Below, in pieces: positions 27,039-34,053 of a stretch of 64,000 nucleotides of DNA. The position numbers and the translations under genes were made by a program. Source of the stretch: Clostridia bacterium (lineage in GTDB: Bacteria; Bacillota; Clostridia; Christensenellales; UBA1242); assembly GCA_045594425.1 (NCBI GenBank), contig JAZNYK010000007.1, positions 72,786-136,785 of the forward strand, read 5' to 3'. The notes under the pieces were generated by a model. The model had not been told where the DNA came from, searched no databases, and worked only from the letters and a program-made list of their open reading frames with translations. Within the stretch, counting starts at the first letter, position 1; every line of letters begins with the position of its first letter.

Positions 27039-28463
27039 TTAGTCTTGTTTTATTGTTTTCATATATCTATTTTTGAACTCAATAAGCAATAGCAAACAGG
27101 CAGTCACTCCAGATGCAACACCTATCACCGACACAATCGCCGATAAAAATCCCTGAATATAATTATAATATATCAAAAACATCATAAAGTATAGAGCATT
27201 TTGAATTAAAGTTGGAATAATCTTTGAAAAACAACCCTTATCAACACAGAAATAAACAACACTAAGCCCCATTGATATAAAATAAAACCTATCAAGCATT
27301 TTTGGCATAAAAAACACCATCACAAATGCAAACAACATTCCAATAAAAACAAAATCATTTTTTGTAAACACATGATTTTTACTAAATTTCAAAACAACAT
27401 ACAAAATAAAAGCCAAAACTGTTAATGTTAAAATAACAAATGAAACTGTAAAAATTTTGCTAATAATTTCCAATGTTTCTGCCGAACAACTTAACACATC
27501 CACAAGCAAAACATTCACTGGATATAACAAATTTGCACATTTTGCAGACAAACCATAATTTGTTGTCGTTTGTCTAAAAAAGACTAAAAGCACATCCAAA
27601 ACAGGTCTTCCTGCAAACACTGGCAACAAATTAACAAAATACATAAGTGGTGCAATCCAAATATCTTTCCACTTTAAGTAATGCTTTCCCTCTTCATCTT
27701 TAACAATAAGCATAACAAACAAAACTGGAACAATAAACAAAAATTGCATTTTAAACGCAAAACTTAAGCCAATAAACATAAATGAAAGTTTTGATTTCTT
27801 TTTTAACGCAAACAAAAATGCTAAAAGTGCAAATGATGTATAAATTGCATCACATTGCCCCCAAGAAGAATATTCCATCAAAAGCACTGGCAAAACCAAA
27901 ATTATCGAAAATCTAACAATAGAAAACTTCTCGTCTTTTATATGTGAAATAATCTTTTCCACAATAAAAGCAAAGAGAATCGAAAACAATAGTGTTAAAT
28001 ATTTAATTGAATAAAGTGCATTCAACCCAGTTTTTGCAAAAAATATCAAAAAGTAATTATACGCTGGCGTATAGTCACTAACATCAACAATACTATAAAG
28101 CGCTTGTGATACAGACGATTTTTCGTATGATTCATACCAAACTTTTAAATAAGTCAAATAATCAAAAGATTCATAATCCATCAACAAAACACAAACCAAA
28201 AAACCACAAAGCAAAGCCAAACAAAGCATCACTCTTTTAATGACACGTTTTTCATCTGTTTTTTTTACAAAAAAGCATCCTGCAACACCTACTAGAGAAA
28301 ACGTTGCAAGCAAAACAAAAAAGTAAGTAATCCCATCACCCGCAAGCCTAACTGGCATAAAAAAGAACGACAAACAAGTCAAGACTGCAACAACCGCAAT
28401 CTCAACCATCAAAAATACATTATTTGCCAAATCTTTTTTTAAATTTTGAATAAATTGTTTCAT
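27039..28463 (-). CDS. Polytopic membrane protein, GT-C candidate (PIG-V/Gpi18/GT87-like), paralog A
   Basis: Shares the blocks DYLTYLK, DVSDYTPAYNY, WGQCDAIYTSFA and KKKSKLSFMFIG..KMQFLFIVP with the 28923-30341 gene. ATG 28463 overlaps the upstream stop (TAATG) and follows a GGGGA SD. Confidence 0.6.
   Translation of the reverse strand: MKQFIQNLKKDLANNVFLMVEIAVVAVLTCLSFFFMPVRLAGDGITYFFVLLATFSLVGVAGCFFVKKTDEKRVIKRVMLCLALLCGFLVCVLLMDYESFDYLTYLKVWYESYEKSSVSQALYSIVDVSDYTPAYNYFLIFFAKTGLNALYSIKYLTLLFSILFAFIVEKIISHIKDEKFSIVRFSIILVLPVLLMEYSSWGQCDAIYTSFALLAFLFALKKKSKLSFMFIGLSFAFKMQFLFIVPVLFVMLIVKDEEGKHYLKWKDIWIAPLMYFVNLLPVFAGRPVLDVLLVFFRQTTTNYGLSAKCANLLYPVNVLLVDVLSCSAETLEIISKIFTVSFVILTLTVLAFILYVVLKFSKNHVFTKNDFVFIGMLFAFVMVFFMPKMLDRFYFISMGLSVVYFCVDKGCFSKIIPTLIQNALYFMMFLIYYNYIQGFLSAIVSVIGVASGVTACLLLLIEFKNRYMKTIKQD
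27296..27343. repeat. 48-nt perfect direct repeat, copy 1
   Basis: GCATTTTTGGCATAAAAAACACCATCACAAATGCAAACAACATTCCAA is identical to 29207-29254. Confidence 0.9.
27592..27865. repeat. High-identity direct repeat, copy 1 (inside GT-C paralog A)
   Basis: Aligns base-for-base at an offset of 1890 nt with 29482-29755 and has only scattered mismatches. Includes a perfect 38-nt run, CCAATAAACATAAATGAAAGTTTTGATTTCTTTTTTAA. Confidence 0.85.
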
Positions 28464-28930
28464 TAAATCCCCGCTTTTGCACACAAATAATTTAACCTTT
28501 CAATTTGTCCAGACTTAATCATTTCAAGTCTATTTAACATCTTTTTTAGTTCAGCCAAATATTCTTTTAATGCATTAAACTCATCAACTAAAAACTCTTC
28601 CGATTCCCCTTCAAATTTCGTGAGTTTAAAATATTCATGAGTAAAATAGTTTCGTTTTTCCAAAAGTGATTTTAGTTTGTTAATTTCATCAAAACTCAAA
28701 CTCTTTGATTCATAAACAACACCAATAAGCGCACCAAATGTCATAGTTTGCATTTTTTCTTTCAAATATTCTGCATCACTAACCACCTGACTGTAAGCAT
28801 CAAGTGTAATTTTTTGATGTCTTCCAAATTCTTTTATAATTTCACTTTTTTCACAAATCTCACCAAGGTCAACTTCAATGTTTTGTGTAACCTCAACAAT
28901 TTTTCCGATAGCACAATAAATCCTATTCAT
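28463..28930 (-). CDS. Small helical cytoplasmic protein with Abi_2/HEPN-like motifs
   Basis: 155 aa, containing MTFGALIGVVY and KRNYFTHEYF (R-x4-H). Start and stop overlap both flanking GT-C genes. Confidence 0.45.
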   Translation of the reverse strand: MNRIYCAIGKIVEVTQNIEVDLGEICEKSEIIKEFGRHQKITLDAYSQVVSDAEYLKEKMQTMTFGALIGVVYESKSLSFDEINKLKSLLEKRNYFTHEYFKLTKFEGESEEFLVDEFNALKEYLAELKKMLNRLEMIKSGQIERLNYLCAKAGI

Positions 28931-30341
28931 TTTCTAATTCCTTTTTATTTTGTTTTACAAAAACATCTTTTGCATATTCAGTCCAGAATTGCCATGCCAA
29001 AATTGCAATATTTGCAAATGCAGAAACAACTCCAACCACCGAAACAAACACAGACACAAATGTCGTTAAATAAATATAGAAATGCAAATACATCATAAAG
29101 AACAATGTGTTACAGCAAAGCACAATGTTAAGCAAAGTTTTTGAAGATTTGTTAACACAGAAATAAACCCAAGTTAAACACATTGAAATATAATAAAATC
29201 TGTCGAGCATTTTTGGCATAAAAAACACCATCACAAATGCAAACAACATTCCAAAAAACAACAAATCTTTTTTATTCAACACTTGCATTTTGTTTCTTTT
29301 AAATATAACAAACAAAATAACAGCCATAATGCAAAGTGTTAAAACCACTTGAAATGCAACAAGCACATTAAACACAGTTGTTCCATGAACAACACCAAGC
29401 AAGTGATAAATATAACATAAATTTCCACAACATCCAGAAATTCTGTCATCACCAACTGTCTGTTTCAAATAAACCATCAATACATCCAAAATTGGTCTTC
29501 CTGCAAGCACAGGCACTAAATTCACCACATACATAAGTGGTGCAATCCAAATGTCTTTCCATTTCAAATAATGCTCTCCATTTTCGTCTTTAACAATAAG
29601 CATAACAAACAAAATTGGAACAATAAACAAAAATTGCATTTTAACAGCAAAACTAAAACCAATAAACATAAATGAAAGTTTTGATTTCTTTTTTAATGCG
29701 AATAATAGTGCAAGCATTGCAAATGATGTATAAATTGCATCACATTGTCCCCAAGCACCAAACTCAATAAACACTGGAGGCAAAACCAAAAACACAACAA
29801 ATCTTAAAAAGTTAAACTTGCTGTTTCTAATATGACAAATAATTTTTTCCAAAACAATACCAAGCAAAATTGAAAACAATAAAGTAACATACTTTATTGC
29901 ATAAAGCGAATTAAAACCCATTTTCGCAATAAAAATCAAAATGTAATTATAAAAAGGAGTGTAATTGCTAACATCAACGATGCTATAAAGTGCATCTTTA
30001 ACCGACCCTTTTGTATAGTTTCCGCACCAGCCTTTCAAAAAAGTCAAATAGTCACAAGTTTCAAAACTTGAATGCAAAAACACAAACAACAGAATTGAAA
30101 CCAAAATAGCATAAAACGAAACAATTTTAAAAGCAGATTCTTTTTTTAAAGCAACCCCACCAAAAACTCCAATTACAGCCAGCGGCACAAAAACCAAAAG
30201 CATATAAACAAGCAAATCTAAATCATATGTGTGCACAGGATAAAAGAAAGATAGTTGCACATTTAAAGCAAAAACCAAAATCAAACTCACAGCAAACACA
30301 ACATAAGACCATTTATTAAAAGTTGCTTTCTTAATTTCCAT
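28923..30341 (-). CDS. Polytopic membrane protein, GT-C candidate (PIG-V/Gpi18/GT87-like), paralog B
   Basis: See paralog A. AGAGG SD; 472 aa. Confidence 0.6.
   Translation of the reverse strand: MEIKKATFNKWSYVVFAVSLILVFALNVQLSFFYPVHTYDLDLLVYMLLVFVPLAVIGVFGGVALKKESAFKIVSFYAILVSILLFVFLHSSFETCDYLTFLKGWCGNYTKGSVKDALYSIVDVSNYTPFYNYILIFIAKMGFNSLYAIKYVTLLFSILLGIVLEKIICHIRNSKFNFLRFVVFLVLPPVFIEFGAWGQCDAIYTSFAMLALLFALKKKSKLSFMFIGFSFAVKMQFLFIVPILFVMLIVKDENGEHYLKWKDIWIAPLMYVVNLVPVLAGRPILDVLMVYLKQTVGDDRISGCCGNLCYIYHLLGVVHGTTVFNVLVAFQVVLTLCIMAVILFVIFKRNKMQVLNKKDLLFFGMLFAFVMVFFMPKMLDRFYYISMCLTWVYFCVNKSSKTLLNIVLCCNTLFFMMYLHFYIYLTTFVSVFVSVVGVVSAFANIAILAWQFWTEYAKDVFVKQNKKELENE
29207..29254. repeat. 48-nt perfect direct repeat, copy 2
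   Basis: Identical to 27296-27343. Confidence 0.9.
29482..29755. repeat. High-identity direct repeat, copy 2 (inside GT-C paralog B)
   Basis: Partner of 27592-27865. Confidence 0.85.
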
Positions 30342-30471
30342 AAAAACCTCTATTTTATCTAATACTTAAATTTTAAATAAATAACCAAACCCTGTCAACA
30401 AACTTGCCATAAACACAGCATTTATGTTCACAAAACACAATAAAAAAACAACTATTAAATAGTCGTTTTTT

Positions 30472-30840
30472 TTATTTTGATACAATCAAATCATCAATAT
30501 AATACAAAAATTCACGATAATCTTTTTCTGGCAATCCATTTGAAGTGTGAACAAAATAATCATCAATTTCAACTTTGTCTAAAGATGACACAAAAACTAT
30601 AGTCGTGTTCCAACCAGAATTAACCCCACCTCTTACTCTGTTTTTGCAAATTTCATTTTCATCAAAAACATACGCCGCATAAAAATCATCGTTTTCCATA
30701 AACCCTTCTGAAACCTCAAAAGGAGTAAATTCTGGATAACTGTCAACGTTTGTCAAATAGTTTCTTAACTCACTAAATTCAAAAATTTTTTGAACTTTAT
30801 ATTTTTCATCTATTTTATTCTCAAAATCAATAATCTTCAT
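30472..30840 (-). CDS. Hypothetical cytoplasmic protein
   Basis: 122 aa from ATG 30840, with a GAGGT SD 8 nt upstream. No family recognised. Confidence 0.5.
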   Translation of the reverse strand: MKIIDFENKIDEKYKVQKIFEFSELRNYLTNVDSYPEFTPFEVSEGFMENDDFYAAYVFDENEICKNRVRGGVNSGWNTTIVFVSSLDKVEIDDYFVHTSNGLPEKDYREFLYYIDDLIVSK

Positions 30841-30900
30841 AAACACTAACCTCAACAACATTATATAACATTACGACACAAACAAAAACAAATTTTAGCA

Positions 30901-30933
30901 AAAAAAGACTTATGATTTCTCATAAGTCTTTTT
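30901..30933. terminator. Terminator closing the tRNA operon (bidirectional shape)
   Basis: Perfect 11-bp stem AAGACTTATGA/TCATAAGTCTT (30905-30915 and 30920-30930) with a 4-nt loop, flanked by A and T runs. Confidence 0.75.
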
Positions 30934-31017
30934 GGTGGGCAGAGATGGATTCGAACCATCGAAGACGAAGTCGACGGATTTACAGTCCGTTGCATTTGGC
31001 CGCTCTGCAATCTACCC
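30933..31017 (-). tRNA. tRNA-Tyr (GUA), long variable arm
   Basis: Manual fold: acceptor GGGTAGA/TCTGCCC, anticodon loop CTGTAAA, T-loop TTCGAAT, encoded CCA; 85 nt. Confidence 0.9.
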
Positions 31018-31028
31018 ATATAAAAAAA

Positions 31029-31103
31029 TGGAGCTGGTGGTCGGAATCGAACCAACAACCGTCTGATTACAAGTCAGATGCTCTACCATTGAGCCACACC
31101 AGC
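31029..31103 (-). tRNA. tRNA-Thr (UGU)
   Basis: Acceptor GCTGGTG/CACCAGC, anticodon loop CTTGTAA, T-loop TTCGATT, encoded CCA. Confidence 0.9.
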
Positions 31104-31135
31104 ATATTAAGTTTTAGCCTCGAAGATTAGAAAAT

Positions 31136-31211
31136 TGGTGCCGCGGGGCGGAATCGAACCACCGACACAGAGATTTTCAGTCTCTTGCTCTACCGACTGA
31201 GCTACCGAGGC
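31136..31211 (-). tRNA. tRNA-Phe (GAA)
   Basis: GCCTCGGTAGCTCAGTCGGTAGAGC..., anticodon loop CTGAAAA, encoded CCA. One acceptor-stem mismatch (U4-C69) by my fold. Confidence 0.9.
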
Positions 31212-31248
31212 ATATACTTATTTTTTTCTAAAAATAAGTAAAAACAAT

Positions 31249-31325
31249 TGGCGACCCGAAACGGGCTCGAACCGTCGACCTCCAGCGTGACAGGCTGGCG
31301 CTCTAACCAACTGAGCTATCGGGCC
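31249..31325 (-). tRNA. tRNA-Asp (GUC)
   Basis: GGCCCGATAGCTCAGTTGGTTAGAGC..., anticodon loop CTGTCAC, encoded CCA. Confidence 0.9.
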
Positions 31326-31350
31326 AAATCATTGATTTGGTTAAAATTTT

Positions 31351-31427
31351 TGGTGGGCCTTCTTGGACTTGAACCAAGGACCAACCGGTTATGAGCCGGT
31401 CGCTCTAACCAACTGAGCTAAAGGCCC
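31351..31427 (-). tRNA. tRNA with CAU anticodon: probably tRNA-Ile2 (lysidine), alternatively elongator tRNA-Met
   Basis: Anticodon loop CTCATAA. The G1-C72 pair and lack of a GGG/CCC anticodon stem exclude the initiator. The TTGGTC variable region and GGTTCAAGTCC T-arm resemble ileX-type tRNAs. Confidence 0.85.
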
Positions 31428-31447
31428 AATTAAGTTTATAACAACTA

Positions 31448-31524
31448 TGGTCGGGGTGGCGAGACTCGAACTCACGACCTCACGGACCCAAACCGCGCGC
31501 GCTACCAAACTGCGCCACACCCCG
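31448..31524 (-). tRNA. tRNA-Pro (UGG)
   Basis: CGGGGTGTGGCGCAGTTTGGTAGCGC..., anticodon loop TTTGGGT, encoded CCA. Confidence 0.9.
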
Positions 31525-31552
31525 GTAACCGTTGCAACAAACTAACGAGATA

Positions 31553-31581
31553 AATATACACTATTAAGAAAGGTTTGTCAA
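31553..31581 (-). promoter_or_regulatory. Sigma-A promoter of the tRNA operon (TTGACA-17-TATATT)
   Basis: The minus strand reads TTGACA (31581-31576), a 17-nt spacer ending in TG, then TATATT (31558-31553), about 30 nt upstream of tRNA-Pro. Confidence 0.7.
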
Positions 31582-31667
31582 CAAAAAAATAAAAATTTTC
31601 TACATTTTTTATTTTATGCGGAGCCATGCATATTTTGCACAGCCCCACCTAAAATTTTAACAACAAA

Positions 31668-33239
31668 TTAATCTAATCCTAAATAGTTATTATAGGTTGT
31701 TTCTTTATCATAAACTTTTGTTTTGTCGATTTCAATAATTCTGTTAGCAACAGTTTGCAACAATTGATGGTCTTGACTGGTAAACAAAATTGGTGACTTA
31801 AAGTTAATCATACCCTTGTTAAGTGATGTGATGCTTTCAAGGTCAAGATGGTTAACAGGTTCGTCAAAAATAAGAACGTTTGCACCAGAAAGCATTGCTC
31901 GTGCAAGCATACATCTAACCTTTTCACCACCCGAAATGCAGTTTGCTTTCTTTTGAGCCTCTTCACCAGAGAATAACATTCTGCCAAGCCAACTTCTTAG
32001 GAATGTTTGGTCTTTTTCTTGAGAATATTGCGCAAGCCAGTCAACAAGTGACAAACCACAATCTTTAAAGAATGCATCATTATTTTCAGGCAAATAGTTT
32101 GCTGTTACGGTTGAACCCCAATCAAAAGTTCCACCATCAGCAGAATCTTCACCCATCAAAATCTTAAATAACATTGTGATAACATTTGCATTTTGTGAAA
32201 TAAATGCAATCTTATCGTTTTTGTGAACAGTAAATGAAACGTTTTCAAAGAAACCATTTTTTGTAAGATTTGTAACTGTCAAAATTTCATTTCCAACTTC
32301 TCTATTTGGCTTAAAGTCAACGTATGGATATTTTCTCATAGATGGCTTAATATCAACAAATTCAAGTTTTTCAAGTTCTTTCTTTCTGCTTGTTGCTTGT
32401 TTAGATTTAGAAGCATTAGCCGCAAATCTTGCAATAAACTCTTTAAGTTCTTTTGCACGTTGTTCACTCTTTTTGTTTTGTTCTTTTGCTTGTCTTTGCA
32501 ACAATTGGCTAGTTTCATACCAGAAATCATAGTTACCAACAAACATTTCAATCTTGCCATAATCAATATCACAAATATGTGTGCAAATCTTATTCAAGAA
32601 ATAACGGTTGTGTGAAACAACAATAACCAAGTTTTCAAAATCAATCAAAAAGTTTTCAAGCCAGTTAACTGTTTTTGCGTCAAGGTTGTTTGTAGGTTCG
32701 TCCAAAATCAAAATATCAGGAGTTTTAAAGAGTGCTTTTGCAAGCAAAACTTTAACTTTAATTTTTGGGTCAACATCTCTCATCAAAACATCAAAAAATT
32801 CTTCGCCGATTCCAAGTTCATTCAAAAGGTTTTGCGCTTCACTTTCTGCTTCCCATCCGCCAATTTCCATAAACTCATTTTCAAGTTCGCCTGCTCTAAT
32901 TCCATCCGCTTCAGAAAAATCTGGTTTTGCATAAAGTTCATCTTTTTCTTTCATAATAGCCATAAGTCTTTCATAACCATGCATAACAGTTGAAAGAACA
33001 GTATAGTCATCCCAAGCCTTTTGGTCTTGTTGCAAAACAGAAAGTCTTTTGCCTCTATCAATAACAACGTCACCAGAACTTGGTTCGATTTGTTTTGTAA
33101 TGAGTTTCAAAAATGTAGACTTACCTGCACCGTTTGCACCAATAATGCCATAACAGTTGCCTGTGTCAAACTTCAAATTAACATCTTCAAACAAAACTCG
33201 ACCGCCAAATTGCAATCTTAAATTATTAACATTAATCAT
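31668..33239 (-). CDS. ABC-F family ATPase (YbiT-like, two ABC domains, no TM domain)
   Basis: Two Walker A sites (GANGAGKST present), two signature and Walker B sets, and an inter-domain linker. Near-colinear with E. coli YbiT by eye. Confidence 0.9.
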   Translation of the reverse strand: MINVNNLRLQFGGRVLFEDVNLKFDTGNCYGIIGANGAGKSTFLKLITKQIEPSSGDVVIDRGKRLSVLQQDQKAWDDYTVLSTVMHGYERLMAIMKEKDELYAKPDFSEADGIRAGELENEFMEIGGWEAESEAQNLLNELGIGEEFFDVLMRDVDPKIKVKVLLAKALFKTPDILILDEPTNNLDAKTVNWLENFLIDFENLVIVVSHNRYFLNKICTHICDIDYGKIEMFVGNYDFWYETSQLLQRQAKEQNKKSEQRAKELKEFIARFAANASKSKQATSRKKELEKLEFVDIKPSMRKYPYVDFKPNREVGNEILTVTNLTKNGFFENVSFTVHKNDKIAFISQNANVITMLFKILMGEDSADGGTFDWGSTVTANYLPENNDAFFKDCGLSLVDWLAQYSQEKDQTFLRSWLGRMLFSGEEAQKKANCISGGEKVRCMLARAMLSGANVLIFDEPVNHLDLESITSLNKGMINFKSPILFTSQDHQLLQTVANRIIEIDKTKVYDKETTYNNYLGLD

Positions 33240-33368
33240 TTCAAATCTTCCTTTTATATACTACGGCTTATTATAACCAATTTGAGCAAATTTTGTCAAT
33301 GTTTTAAAATGAATAACCACAAGTATAATTTTTTTAATTTAGTAAAAACTTTTTATAGGAGCAATATC

Positions 33369-33974
33369 ATGAATCAAGAAAATAAAAAATCATCCATAAA
33401 TTCTCAAAACAAAAAATCATCAACTCAAACAAAACAAAATCAAACATCCACTGATGTTCACGAACAATCCAAAGACACTTCTCATTCATGGCTTATGGTC
33501 AAACACGTATGGTGGATTGACGCACTACTTTTCATTGGTGGAACAATTTTACTCGGTGGGCTTGCAACACTTTTAGGCGGACCAATGTTCCATTTTGAAG
33601 GCTATCAAATGCCACCAGCAACTGTTCCAAAAATAGTGTTTCCAATTGCTTGGGCAATCATATATATTGCAATAGGCGTTTCAACATTTTTAATGTGGCG
33701 TGACAAAGAAATAAAATCTGACGGCAGAAAACTAAACTTGATTTTATATTTTATCCATATGTTTTTTAATGTTTTATGGCCACTATTTTTCTTCCGCCTA
33801 GACCTGGCAATTTTTGCAACAGTTTGGCTTGTGTTCACACTTGCCTCCGCAATCATTGTAATGTATCGTTATTTCGTAACAAATCTTCCTGCAGGAATTA
33901 TTTTTACAATATATTGCGTGTGGCTTTTATACGCACTATATCTAAACCTTGGAATAGTTTTAATTAACTTCTAA
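33369..33974 (+). CDS. tspO: TspO/MBR family tryptophan-rich membrane protein with a ~45-aa low-complexity N-terminal extension
   Basis: Five-TM body with IVFPIAWAIIYIAIG and NVLWPLFFF motifs. ATG 33369 follows an AGGAG SD (33357-33361). Confidence 0.8.
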   Translation: MNQENKKSSINSQNKKSSTQTKQNQTSTDVHEQSKDTSHSWLMVKHVWWIDALLFIGGTILLGGLATLLGGPMFHFEGYQMPPATVPKIVFPIAWAIIYIAIGVSTFLMWRDKEIKSDGRKLNLILYFIHMFFNVLWPLFFFRLDLAIFATVWLVFTLASAIIVMYRYFVTNLPAGIIFTIYCVWLLYALYLNLGIVLINF

Positions 33975-34024
33975 AAAACGCAAAATATTGAAATTTTTAT
34001 TAAAAAACAATAAAAAAACAAAAT

Positions 34025-34051
34025 ACTCACACAAAAATGTGTGAGTTTTTA
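34025..34051. terminator. Bidirectional terminator between tspO and metG
   Basis: Stem ACTCACAC/GTGTGAGT around an A-rich loop, with T-runs on both strands. Confidence 0.7.
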
Positions 34052-34053
34052 AT

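Noticed and set aside
30861-31130. Two track ORFs (30861-31058 minus strand, 30912-31130 plus strand) overlapping the tRNA cluster.
   Set aside because: The region folds into complete cloverleaf tRNAs (Tyr, Thr) with encoded CCA ends, so the ORFs are artefacts of the stop-free GC-richer tRNA sequence.
31136-31211. U4-C69 mismatch in the acceptor stem of tRNA-Phe.
   Set aside because: A single acceptor-stem mismatch is within normal tRNA variation, and all other features (GAA anticodon, D and T arms, CCA) are canonical. It is not evidence of a pseudogene without further data.
33282-33368. Longer 230-aa version of the tspO ORF starting at 33282.
   Set aside because: The upstream extension starts at a non-ATG codon without an SD. 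ATG 33369 has a well-placed AGGAG and still leaves the full five-helix TspO body.
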